This document shows positions 12,884-21,939 of a DNA stretch of 64,000 nt, piece after piece. The stretch's first letter is position 1, and every line of letters begins with the position of its first letter. Made by a program: the position numbers and the translations under genes. Below the pieces are notes generated by a model. It was not told where the DNA came from. It was given only the letters and a program-made list of their open reading frames with translations, and searched no databases. The DNA comes from an uncultured Gemmiger sp. (GTDB taxonomy: Bacteria; Bacillota; Clostridia; Oscillospirales; Ruminococcaceae): NCBI GenBank assembly GCA_944386225.1, contig CALXAH010000001.1, forward strand, positions 108,161 to 172,160, given 5' to 3'.

Positions 12884-12930
12884 CCGGCCGGGTGCGAGGC
12901 AGACGCTTCGCACCCGGCCGGGTCTTTTTT
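12884..12930. terminator. Terminator between convergent genes
   Basis: 14-bp perfect stem: CCGGCCGGGTGCGA (12884..12897) pairs with TCGCACCCGGCCGG (12908..12921). A T6 tract follows. Confidence 0.85.
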
Positions 12931-12931
12931 C

Positions 12932-13966
12932 TCAGGCGATATACAGGGGATTGGGCTCCTTGTAGACGTTGCGGCGCTGGTAGGCCACATGGCGGGCCAG
13001 ATAGTCGATCCAGGCCTCATAGGCGGGCTTCTTGATGTGGATGCCATCCGATTGTACGTAATCGGCCTTCATGTTGCCGTTCTCGTCGGCAAAGACCTCG
13101 TCCAGATCAATGAAGTAGCACTCCTTCTCCACCGCGATGCGGGCCAGCTCGTTGTTCACCCGCTCCACCTGCTCGTTGCTCAGCTTGGTGGTCTTGGAGG
13201 GATCCACCGGCGGGACAGACTGGATATAGATCCGCACCCCGGGCAGCAGACGCTCCCGCAGCATGTCGATCATCTTGGCATAGTAGGCCAGGAAGGACTG
13301 CTCTTTCTGTTCGCCGGCGTTCACCAGGGAGTTGGTGCCCAGCAGGATATACACCGCGTCGGGGCTGCTGGCCTCTACCGCATCCAGCACCACCAGCTCC
13401 TCGCCGGTGACCCGGTTTTTCACGGTGGAGCCGTTGACCACCGCATCCGGGCCCATGCTGCGGATTCCCAGGATGGTGGAATGCCCGAACACCGAGGTCT
13501 GGTAGCTTTGCAGGCCCTCGGTGATGCTGTCGCCGATAAAGGTGACGGTGTCAAAGTAGCTGATGTCGATCATCGGCTGGGCAGGCTGGGCGATCATCGG
13601 CCCGTAGGGCGAGGTGACGGTCATATTCAGGGTGGGGGCGGCCACCCGGGTCTGGGTATTCCAGCTCAGATCCCCGGCGCTGACCGTATCCCGCATGGCA
13701 GGCTGTTCGCCGCCCGCCTGGCTGTAATCATGGGTCACGGTGGGGGTGGCGGTGGGCTCGGCAACGGGCTGGCTCTGGTCCGGGTCGGAAACCGCCGGTA
13801 CCGAGGCAGGCTCGTCCCCCTGGGGAAGTATCCCACTCAGCCGCAGGGCACCCCATACGGCAGCGGCGATCAGCACCGCGCCGATCAGCAGCACCATAAA
13901 CCGGCGCAGCCGCCGCTGACGGGCGCGGCGCCGTGTCTTCTGTCGAAATTCCTGATAGGTTGCCAT
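12932..13966 (-). CDS. Membrane-anchored SGNH/GDSL family hydrolase
   Basis: Arg-rich N-terminus plus one TM helix. SGNH block I 'GDSITEG' and block V 'SDGIH'. GAGGAGG lies upstream of the ATG at 13966. Confidence 0.8.
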   Translation of the reverse strand: MATYQEFRQKTRRRARQRRLRRFMVLLIGAVLIAAAVWGALRLSGILPQGDEPASVPAVSDPDQSQPVAEPTATPTVTHDYSQAGGEQPAMRDTVSAGDLSWNTQTRVAAPTLNMTVTSPYGPMIAQPAQPMIDISYFDTVTFIGDSITEGLQSYQTSVFGHSTILGIRSMGPDAVVNGSTVKNRVTGEELVVLDAVEASSPDAVYILLGTNSLVNAGEQKEQSFLAYYAKMIDMLRERLLPGVRIYIQSVPPVDPSKTTKLSNEQVERVNNELARIAVEKECYFIDLDEVFADENGNMKADYVQSDGIHIKKPAYEAWIDYLARHVAYQRRNVYKEPNPLYIA

Positions 13967-14027
13967 AAAGGGCACACCTCCTCACTGGGCGGGCGCAGGA
14001 CCCGCAAAGGTCGGGCGCGGAGAGGGA

Positions 14028-15047
14028 TCAGGCTTCCCCTTCCGGCGCGGCGCTGTCGGCGCCGGTATCGGCGGCAGCGGTAGTTTTGGTTGCATAGGGG
14101 CTGCCGTACAAAAACGGCAGGTCATCGGCATAGGCCACATGGCGGCTGAGATAATCCACCCACTGTTTGTAGCCGGTGCCGTTCAGATGGATGCCGTCGT
14201 TGGCAGCCAGATCGGCGTTCAGGTCGCCGTTTTCATCGGCCAGGAATTCATGCAGATCCAGGTAGTGGCATCCCTGGGCCAGCGCCAGCTGGGCCAGCTG
14301 CTCGTTCACCCGGCGGATCTGCTCGTTGTTCAGGGTGGATACATCCGGCCGCACCGGAGTGATGGACTGGATATACAGTTCCGCGTCGGGCACGGTCTCC
14401 TTGAGCATCTGGATCATCCGCTCGTAGTAGGCCAGGAAGGACTCCTCCTTCTTTTCGTCGGCGCTGACCAGCGAGTTGGTGCCCAGCAGCACGTACACCG
14501 CTTTGGGGTTGGCGGCCGCCACCGCATCCAGGGCGATCTCCTGCACGCCGTCCTCCCTTGTCAGGGTGGTGCGGTTCACGATATCGCTGGGATGGATGCT
14601 GCGGTAGCCGCAGATGGTGGCCACCCCTTTGATCGAGGTGGAATAGGTGTAGAAGCCGGCGGTAACGCTGTCCCCCAGCATGACCACGTTCTGGAAATAC
14701 TCCGGCTTGACCAGGCCGGTCTCCGGCTGGGCGATCCGCTCGGCGTCCAGCTGCACCAGGTTCCAGCTTTCCTGCTGCACCGGCCCGATGGAGGAGAAAC
14801 TGGTGTTCTGCACAAGTTCGGCGCCGGTATTGGGCAGCGGGGCCAGGGCCACGTTGCCGCCCGAGGTGGGCGCACTGCTGTCGGCGGTCTGCCCTTCGGG
14901 GGGCACGATCCAGTTGAGCAGGGCGGTGATCCCCGCGGACAGGGTCAGGATGACCACCGCGGCGCAGAGCAATGCCAGTGTCCGGCGCAGACGCCGGCGT
15001 GCCTGCCGCTGCCGGTGGCGGCGGCGTACGCGTTGATATTCGTCCAT
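14028..15047 (-). CDS. Membrane-anchored SGNH/GDSL family hydrolase, paralog of the downstream gene
   Basis: Same architecture as 12932..13966: 'RRRHRQRQARRRLRR' plus a TM helix, 'GDSVTAG' and 'NDGIH'. GGAAAGGGGGA RBS upstream of the ATG at 15047. Confidence 0.8.
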   Translation of the reverse strand: MDEYQRVRRRHRQRQARRRLRRTLALLCAAVVILTLSAGITALLNWIVPPEGQTADSSAPTSGGNVALAPLPNTGAELVQNTSFSSIGPVQQESWNLVQLDAERIAQPETGLVKPEYFQNVVMLGDSVTAGFYTYSTSIKGVATICGYRSIHPSDIVNRTTLTREDGVQEIALDAVAAANPKAVYVLLGTNSLVSADEKKEESFLAYYERMIQMLKETVPDAELYIQSITPVRPDVSTLNNEQIRRVNEQLAQLALAQGCHYLDLHEFLADENGDLNADLAANDGIHLNGTGYKQWVDYLSRHVAYADDLPFLYGSPYATKTTAAADTGADSAAPEGEA

Positions 15048-15240
15048 TTGCGGGGTCCCCCTTTCCCGGGCGCTTTGTGTTTTATTGTACCACGCCCGGC
15101 CCGGTTTGCCAACCAAAAAAGGGGCGAAATAAAGAAGTTACCAAATGTTCACAATCACAACACGCCCGGCACTTGACGCGGCCGGAACCGCCGCCTATAA
15201 TATACATAGTATTGAATACCACGTAAAAGGAGCTATCAAC

Positions 15241-16080
15241 ATGACCTGGAAGATCGTTGCCGATTCCAGCTGTGAGCTGCGCCATCTGGAGGGCCTGGGC
15301 CCGGAACTTAGTTTTGACACCGTACCGCTGAAAATCCGGGTGGGCGAGCGGGAATTTGTGGACAACGCCGCCCTGGACACCGCCGCCATGATGTCCGCCA
15401 TGAGCAACTACAACGGGCCTTCCACCACCGCCTGCCCCAGCCCGGAGGAATGGGCGGAAAAATATCTGCAGGCCGATCAGGTAATCGCCCTGACCATCAC
15501 CAGCGGGCTGTCCGGCACCTACAACAGCGCCCTGGTGGCCAAGGAAATGGTGCTGGAAAGCCATCCGGAAAAGAAGATCTACGTGCTGGACACCCTGTCC
15601 ACCGGCGGGCAGATGGTGCTGGATATCTGGAAAGCCAAGGAACTGATCGAAGCGGGCCTGCCCTTTGAGCAGGTGTGCGCCGAACTGGAGATCTACAACC
15701 AGCAGCGCAGCCTGCTGTTTGCCCTGGCCAACTTTGACAATCTGGTCAAGAACGGCCGGATGAGCCGGTTGGTTGGTTTTATGGCCGGCGCCATGAACAT
15801 GCGGGCGGTGGGCCGCGCCAGCGACGCGGGCAAGATCGAATTGCTGCACAAGACCCGGGGCGAAACCCGGATGCTGGCTTACATCCTGGAAACCATCGAC
15901 CGCAGCGGGTACGACGGATCGAACCCGGTGGTGATCAGCCACTGCTTCAATGAAACGGCGGCCCATCTGCTGGCCAACGGCATTCACAACAAATGGCCCG
16001 GCGCCCGGGTGGAGATTCTGCCCACCGGCGGCCTGACCAGCTTCTACGCGGAAAATCAGGGCCTGATCGTGGGCTATTGA
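15241..16080 (+). CDS. DegV family fatty-acid-binding protein
   Basis: 279 aa. N-terminus 'WKIVADSSCEL' and 'LSGTYNSA' are typical of DegV. AAAGGAG RBS upstream of the ATG at 15241. Confidence 0.9.
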   Translation: MTWKIVADSSCELRHLEGLGPELSFDTVPLKIRVGEREFVDNAALDTAAMMSAMSNYNGPSTTACPSPEEWAEKYLQADQVIALTITSGLSGTYNSALVAKEMVLESHPEKKIYVLDTLSTGGQMVLDIWKAKELIEAGLPFEQVCAELEIYNQQRSLLFALANFDNLVKNGRMSRLVGFMAGAMNMRAVGRASDAGKIELLHKTRGETRMLAYILETIDRSGYDGSNPVVISHCFNETAAHLLANGIHNKWPGARVEILPTGGLTSFYAENQGLIVGY

Positions 16081-16101
16081 GCCGCGCATACTGTATATAC
16101 G

Positions 16102-16148
16102 AAACCGCCCCGCCTGGATATTTCAACCCGGCGGGGCGGTTTTATTTG
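16102..16148 (+). terminator. Intrinsic terminator after degV
   Basis: Stem AAACCGCCCCGCC (16102..16114) pairs with GGCGGGGCGGTTT (16131..16143). TATTT follows. Confidence 0.8.
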
Positions 16149-16203
16149 CATACCACAACGGGGACGCGCCGCACAAGGCGCGTCCCCGTTGTTCTGTTCC
16201 GTA

Positions 16204-17361
16204 TCAGGCGGCACTGTCGGAGGAAGCGGCGTTCTGCTCGCTTTCAGCCTCCTGGATGGCGCTGTCCACATCGCCCAGGGTACGGCCCGGGTCGATGTTC
16301 TTGCCCAGCGGCCAGTCATAGCCGGTGGGCAGGTTCAGCAGTTCGGCATCCACCGGCATCTCCGGGTCGCGGAAATGCTCGTTGAGCAGCTCGGCCATGG
16401 CGTCCCGGTCGGTGTAGTAGACGCTGGTCGAGGGATAGCTCTCCCGGGGCGGGTCGATGGTGAGCGGGCCGCCCGGGCTGCGCACCACATACACATCCTC
16501 CGGCTCCACCTGCATCATGGTGGCGTACAGGCCCCAGATCTCGGTGATGTCCAGGTCGGTCTTTAAGTAGGGGGCGATGGACCGGCAGGTCTCGTAGTAG
16601 CCCGCCAGGGTGCACTCGTTCAGGAAGTAATCCAGCACCGCCGCATAGAAATACTGCTGGGTTTCCAGCCGCTTGTAATCGCTCTGGGTGTAGTTGCGGT
16701 TGCGCAGGATCAGCTCGGCCGCGTCGCCGCTGACCTTGTGCCGGCCCTGGGGCACCGCCAGCACCTCTTCGCCGGTGTTCTTGTCGACATAGACGATATC
16801 CCAGGGCACGTACATCTCGATGCCGCCCATCACGTCGATCATGGTCTTGAAGGCGTCCATCTCGATATACACATAGTTGTCAATCGGAAGTTTATACAGC
16901 TCGTAAATTTCATTGGCCAAGTTGTTGACCAGATGATCCTGGTCGGGGCCGTTGGCGTAGACCTCGTTGATCTTGCAGAAGTAGCCGGTGATGCCGCCCA
17001 CCATGGTATCGCCGTACCAGGTATCCCGGGGGATCTGCAGCACGTTGACCTTGCGGGTGTCCCGGTCGATCTGCACGTAGAGGATCACGTCGGTCATACC
17101 CTTGCCCTCGGCGTAGGTGCGGCCGGAATCATCCGCGTCGTAGTCAATGCCGAACACCAGCAGGTTGTAGAACCGCTCGCCATTGGCTTCGATGTCCGGG
17201 TCCTGGGTCTGGCTCAGGCTGCCTACCTCGCCGGTGTCGAAGATGGCGGAGATCTGGCTGTACATATATACCGCCACGCCCGCCACCACCAGCACCACCG
17301 CCAGCACCACGCAAGCCAGGATCAGCGGCCAGCGCCGCCGTGTCTTTTTATTCTGTTCCAA
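16204..17361 (-). CDS. LytR-CpsA-Psr (LCP) family cell-wall polymer ligase
   Basis: One N-terminal TM helix. Core LCP motifs 'LVFGIDYD...MTDVILYVQID...VNVLQIPRDT'. I prefer the TTG at 17361, which has GAGGAG 8 nt upstream. The ORF-track ATG at 17478 adds an Arg/Gly-rich, non-coding-looking extension. Confidence 0.82.
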   Translation of the reverse strand: MEQNKKTRRRWPLILACVVLAVVLVVAGVAVYMYSQISAIFDTGEVGSLSQTQDPDIEANGERFYNLLVFGIDYDADDSGRTYAEGKGMTDVILYVQIDRDTRKVNVLQIPRDTWYGDTMVGGITGYFCKINEVYANGPDQDHLVNNLANEIYELYKLPIDNYVYIEMDAFKTMIDVMGGIEMYVPWDIVYVDKNTGEEVLAVPQGRHKVSGDAAELILRNRNYTQSDYKRLETQQYFYAAVLDYFLNECTLAGYYETCRSIAPYLKTDLDITEIWGLYATMMQVEPEDVYVVRSPGGPLTIDPPRESYPSTSVYYTDRDAMAELLNEHFRDPEMPVDAELLNLPTGYDWPLGKNIDPGRTLGDVDSAIQEAESEQNAASSDSAA

Positions 17362-17570
17362 GGTTCTGTCTCCTCGCTTTCCCCGGCGGACCGCAGGGCC
17401 CCGGCCGGTATCCTGTGTACAAGACAAAAGCGGGCCGGGCTCGGAAAAATGCCGAGCCCGGCCTCGGGCAGTATCCATTATACACGAATTTTACGAAATT
17501 GGGAGAGGTTTTCCCGAATTTCGCCCTTTGTAACAAAACGCTTGTAACTATTTTGTAATGTTTTTCAAAA

Positions 17571-20500
17571 TCAACCAACCGTCACCAGGGTGGTGCCCGG
17601 GTAGTAGTGGGCCAGGATCTGGCTGTAGTTCCAGCCCGCCCGGGCGTAGCCGATGGCGCCCCACTGGCTCATACCCACGCCGTGGCCATAGCCCCGCACA
17701 GTAAAGATAAAGGCATCCTGGGAGGCGTCGTACTGCACGGTAAAGGCCGGGCTGCGCATGGTGCGCTTGCGGCCCCAGATATCGGTCTGGCCGCCCAGCA
17801 GGGTGCTTTGCAGGTAGGTGCCGCTCTTGGTGACCGTGCCGATCCGCACCCCCTTGACATAGCCGTAGGTGGTGGTGCTGGTGACCTCCAGCCAGGTGGA
17901 GGGATCACCGGTCAGCTCGATGCCCAGTTTCTCCTTGGCCCGGGCGGCCACGGTGGCGCTGGAATAGACCTCGGTGGTCTCCCAGTTGGTGGCGGTGGTG
18001 GCGTCGTAGGGGCTTTCCACCTCGATCAGGTAGTTGCGCACACCGCCCCACACGTCCACACTGGCGGTTGTACCGCCGGCGCAGCTGGCGTGATAGGGGG
18101 TGAACGCCACGGTGTTGCCGTAAGCCACCACGATGTGGGCCACCTCGGCCACATTGGCCCGCACCGAATCGGTGGGGGCGCGGCCCGCCACCGAGGGATA
18201 GGCGGTGCCCTGGCTCAGGATCCAGCTGTGAGCCGCGATGGCCTGGGCTTTCTGGGCCTCGGCCGGGGCGGAGGAGCCGATCTCATTCATCACGATCATG
18301 GCCAGGCACTCGGTCAGATCCATGGTCTGGGGGGTGCCGTTCATGGTCACGTTGATGGTGGAAGAGGTCACGGGGGGCGCGGTGGGGGCCGGAGTGGTCT
18401 CGCCGCCCTCTGTGCCGCCGGAACTGCCGTCACCCGAATCGGTGGGCGCGGTGGTGGGGGCCGGAGTGGTCACCGGGGGCAGGGTGGCCTCCGGCGGCAG
18501 GCCGGTATCCCCGGTGCCGCCGCCCAGGCCGGTCTCGGTCTCCGGGTTGGGGGTCAGGTTGGGGGTGGGGGTGGGGCCTTCCTCCGGCATCAGGTCTTCC
18601 AGATCCGGCACCTCCCCCAGGCTGTCCAGAATCGCGTCCAGCTGCACCTCTTCTTCGGGCATGCCGGCCTCGATCTGCAGGTCGGCGTTGGTCTGGTTGC
18701 GGCCGCCGAACCAGTTCACCCAGCTCTGCATCAGCTCCAGCATATCCGGCATGGTGGTGCCGCTGGCGCTGTACATGGCGGCGGTGAGCAGCGGGTCGGT
18801 GGTGGGGGCGATGTTGGCGGTATCCACCGAGCGGCTTTCCTGCTCCCGCACCTTGCGGCCCACCACCACCAGCTTGGTGCCGTCCGGCTCGGCCGCGTCG
18901 GCCACCAGGCTGACAAAGCTGTCCCCTTCCTCAAAATCCACCGGCATGTCAAACAGGCTGCGGGCCTTGATCCCCACCACAAAATCCATAAAGGTATTGG
19001 CGTTGCTCAGATCGGTGAAGGCGGCCAGATCAAAGGCGCCCTCCCCTTCCTCGGTGGGATCCCAGTAAAATACAGCCGCCACCTTGTAACGGTAGGCGGC
19101 GGCTTCGGAATTGCCAGTATACAGGGTAAAGGCGCTGTTGTTCTGGACGGCGTCCAGCTGATCCAGGCCGCCCAGCTCCCGCAGGGCCTGCGCGGGGCAG
19201 AGCACCAGGCTGTGGGAGGTGGTCTGCGCCGGGTCAGCCCCCGGGGCGTAACACACCCGCTGGGGGCCGGTGTCCTCCGCGGCCAGTGCCGCCCCGGCGG
19301 GGGCGTCGTCGCGGGGATCGCCGTCGGTGTAGATCAGGCTGCCGGTCATGCCGGGCAGCGCCAGGTAACCGGCCACCTGATCGTCCTTTTCCTGTGCCCG
19401 CTCCAGATAGGAAATGGCGTTGGCATCGAACCCGGCGGTGCCGTAGCTGCGCCAGGCCGGGGCCTCGCCCAGGCTGTTCCAATAGTACAGGCCGGCCGCG
19501 GCGGCCACCGTCACTACCAGCAGGAAGAACACCGCCGCCAGGATGCGGCCCCAGTAGCTGCCCTCCTTTTTGGGGGCGGGGGGTTCGGTATCCGGCACGG
19601 CGCTCTCGTCCACCAGGCCGTACATGGCCTGGGCGGCTTTCTCCAGCCGGGAGTTATGCCCCACCGGTTCCAGCCGCACCACGCCGGTGGGCTCGGAGGG
19701 TTTGGGCGGCGCGGAGGGCGCCTGCCGGGTGGGCTGGGAAACCGCCACGCGGGTGGGCTGCGGGTCGGGTTCGGGGGCCAGCCGCAGCGGCGGTACCCGG
19801 CCGGTATCGCCGGACGCCGCGGGGGCTGCCGCCGGGGCCGCGGGCCGGGCCGGACGGTTTTCCTCCGGGTCGGCCACCAGGGCCGGGGCCTCCTGCCCCA
19901 GCCGGAACATCTGCACACCCTCCGCCTGGGGCTGACCCAGGGCGGCACGGCGGGCCATATCCAGCAGCCACAGCCCCGCCTGAGCGGGGTCGGCCTGGGT
20001 GCGGTTCAGCGCCCTGACCCAGGCGCTGCGCTCGTCCGCCAGCAGTACAAAGGCCGGGTAGCGGCCCTGGGCGGGCTGGAACACCAGCGCGAAATCCGCC
20101 TCCGACACCTTGAGGGCGGCGGCGGCCCGGCCGGCGGCGGGCTGTACCGGGCAGGCAGGCCAGCGGCGCAGCCAGCCGGCAGGGGGTTCGATACGGCCCG
20201 CCTTGCGGGGATGCGCCCAGCTCTCCTGACCAAAATCGTAGGCGCCGCCCGCCTGGGGCAGATCCCGCAGCAGCGGCTCCAGCAGCGCACCGGTGGTTTC
20301 ATCGGCGGCGCAGAACAGGAATTCTTCCTTCAGAAACGCGGCCAGCGCGGCCTGGGGCAGGTCGGTGGCATCGGTGGAGAACACCGCCGGGCCGAACTGC
20401 TCCCGCAGTTTTTTCTCCCAGGTCTCGCAGACCGACGCGGCGTCCGGGCCGGATGCGGCCAGACGCACCGCCAGTTCCCCGTTGCGGCCCATAAGGCGCA

Positions 20501-20606
20501 GGCCGGGGCAGCCCTCGGCGGCGGCCTGCCGCAGCACGGCGGAGGCCCGGGCGGTGGATATGCCGAACAGACGCAGGGTACGGCTTTGGGTAGCGGGTTG
20601 TGCCAT
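17571..20606 (-). CDS. Multidomain membrane protein: CinA-C-terminal-half paralog (degenerate), Pro-rich linker, TM helix, sortase-B-like region lacking the Cys, then a SpoIID/LytB domain
   Basis: The C-terminal motifs 'AIAAHSW', 'YHASCAGGT' and 'GYGHGVGMSQWGA' define SpoIID/LytB. The N-terminus aligns by hand to the neighbouring CinA (see findings). I prefer the ATG at 20606 because of GAGGTGA upstream. Confidence 0.8.
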   Translation of the reverse strand: MAQPATQSRTLRLFGISTARASAVLRQAAAEGCPGLRLMGRNGELAVRLAASGPDAASVCETWEKKLREQFGPAVFSTDATDLPQAALAAFLKEEFLFCAADETTGALLEPLLRDLPQAGGAYDFGQESWAHPRKAGRIEPPAGWLRRWPACPVQPAAGRAAAALKVSEADFALVFQPAQGRYPAFVLLADERSAWVRALNRTQADPAQAGLWLLDMARRAALGQPQAEGVQMFRLGQEAPALVADPEENRPARPAAPAAAPAASGDTGRVPPLRLAPEPDPQPTRVAVSQPTRQAPSAPPKPSEPTGVVRLEPVGHNSRLEKAAQAMYGLVDESAVPDTEPPAPKKEGSYWGRILAAVFFLLVVTVAAAAGLYYWNSLGEAPAWRSYGTAGFDANAISYLERAQEKDDQVAGYLALPGMTGSLIYTDGDPRDDAPAGAALAAEDTGPQRVCYAPGADPAQTTSHSLVLCPAQALRELGGLDQLDAVQNNSAFTLYTGNSEAAAYRYKVAAVFYWDPTEEGEGAFDLAAFTDLSNANTFMDFVVGIKARSLFDMPVDFEEGDSFVSLVADAAEPDGTKLVVVGRKVREQESRSVDTANIAPTTDPLLTAAMYSASGTTMPDMLELMQSWVNWFGGRNQTNADLQIEAGMPEEEVQLDAILDSLGEVPDLEDLMPEEGPTPTPNLTPNPETETGLGGGTGDTGLPPEATLPPVTTPAPTTAPTDSGDGSSGGTEGGETTPAPTAPPVTSSTINVTMNGTPQTMDLTECLAMIVMNEIGSSAPAEAQKAQAIAAHSWILSQGTAYPSVAGRAPTDSVRANVAEVAHIVVAYGNTVAFTPYHASCAGGTTASVDVWGGVRNYLIEVESPYDATTATNWETTEVYSSATVAARAKEKLGIELTGDPSTWLEVTSTTTYGYVKGVRIGTVTKSGTYLQSTLLGGQTDIWGRKRTMRSPAFTVQYDASQDAFIFTVRGYGHGVGMSQWGAIGYARAGWNYSQILAHYYPGTTLVTVG

Positions 20607-20611
20607 GGTGT

Positions 20612-21904
20612 TCACCTCATTTCCTCGGCCAGCCGGGCGGCGGGCACGGTCTGTGTGTCATCGGGCAGGGGCAGGCCCAGCGCCAGACGGCGGGCCAGAT
20701 CCAGCGCGTTCTGGGAGGAGCGCAGCCGCACAACCTCCCGGCTGCGGCCGCCCAGGCCCAGTTTGCGGATGTAAATGGTATCCCGGTACGCGGCGGCCAG
20801 GTATACCAGCCCCACCGGCTTGTCCGGGGTACCGCCGCCGGGGCCGGCCAGGCCGGTCAGCGCCAGGGAAATATCCGCGCCGGACATCCGGCGGGCCCCC
20901 TGGGCCATCCAGGCGGCTGTCTGGGGGGACACCGCCCCGTGGGCCGCCAGCACCTCGCCGGGCACACCCAGCAGTTTCTCCTTGGCCTCGTTGGCGTAGG
21001 TCACAAAGCCGAAGCCGAACACCTCGCTGGCGCCGGGCACATCGGTGATGCGGCGGCTTACCAGCCCGCCGGTGCAGCTTTCGGCGGTGGCCAGGGTCAG
21101 ACGGGCTTTCCGCAGGGCGACCACCGCGGCGGATTCCAGGGTGGCGTCGTCCTCGCCGTAGATGCAGTCGCCCAGAATGTCATAGAACGCCTGCGCCTTG
21201 GCCCGGCACATGGCCGCGGCCTCGGCGGGGGTGGCGGCCTTGGCGGTAATGCGGATGTGGCATTCGCAGGTCTTGGCGTAGATGGCGGCGGTGGGGTTCT
21301 GGCTGCGGAACAGATGGCCCACCGTTTCCTCCAGATGGCTTTCCCCCGGGCCGGTGACCTTCAGGGTCAGGCTGTGCAGCACCCCGCTGCACAGCGGCTG
21401 CAGCAGGGGCAGCACCTGCTCGTTCCACAGGGGGATCAGCTCATGGGGCGGGCCGGGCAGCAGCACCGCGTACCGGCCCTCGTCCTCAAACCAGATGCCG
21501 GGGGCGGTGCCGTTGCGGTTGGGCAGCTTTTTGCCCCGGGTGGGCACCATGGCCTGTTTTTCGTTGTTGTCGGGGGTGGTGCGGCCGCTTTTGGCAAAGA
21601 AGGCGGCGATCTTGTCCATCTCTTCCTGGTCAAAGCGCAGGGTATCGTGGTAGCAGCGGGCCACCGTCTCCTTGGTCAGGTCGTCCGCCGTGGGGCCCAG
21701 CCCTCCGCTGAACACCAGCAGGTCGCTGCGGGCCTTGGCGGTGCGCACCAGTTCTTCCAGGCGGGCGGCGTTGTCCCCCACCACATGCTGGTGCAGCACG
21801 GTGATGCCCAGATCCGCCAGCTGCCGGGCCAGAAATTGCGCGTTGGTATTCAGGATATCCCCCAGCAGCAGCTCGGTGCCTACCGCGATGATCTCCGCTT
21901 CCAT
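20612..21904 (-). CDS. cinA: Competence/damage-inducible protein CinA (MoCF-type domain plus PncC-like nicotinamide-nucleotide amidase domain)
   Basis: 430 aa with 'IIAVGTELLLGDILNTNAQFLA' and 'LATAESCTGGL'. Confidence 0.92.
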   Translation of the reverse strand: MEAEIIAVGTELLLGDILNTNAQFLARQLADLGITVLHQHVVGDNAARLEELVRTAKARSDLLVFSGGLGPTADDLTKETVARCYHDTLRFDQEEMDKIAAFFAKSGRTTPDNNEKQAMVPTRGKKLPNRNGTAPGIWFEDEGRYAVLLPGPPHELIPLWNEQVLPLLQPLCSGVLHSLTLKVTGPGESHLEETVGHLFRSQNPTAAIYAKTCECHIRITAKAATPAEAAAMCRAKAQAFYDILGDCIYGEDDATLESAAVVALRKARLTLATAESCTGGLVSRRITDVPGASEVFGFGFVTYANEAKEKLLGVPGEVLAAHGAVSPQTAAWMAQGARRMSGADISLALTGLAGPGGGTPDKPVGLVYLAAAYRDTIYIRKLGLGGRSREVVRLRSSQNALDLARRLALGLPLPDDTQTVPAARLAEEMR

Positions 21905-21939
21905 TGTCTTTTCCCCCCTCGGGCGGTCAGTACCGCCGG

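Noticed and set aside
16157-16190. Second perfect hairpin (AACGGGGACGCGCC..GGCGCGTCCCCGTT) as the terminator of the LCP gene
   Set aside because: It has no T-tract on the minus strand and only a weak one on the plus strand. I could not assign it to a gene with confidence, so I did not list it as a feature.
17607-20774. 1055-aa ORF antisense to the SpoIID fusion gene. Similar long antisense ORFs occur at 47680..50037, 55299..57713, 59738..61816, 21904..24540 and 24255..25700.
   Set aside because: All overlap confidently identified genes on the other strand, and all show the same Gly/Arg/Ala/His-rich shadow composition.
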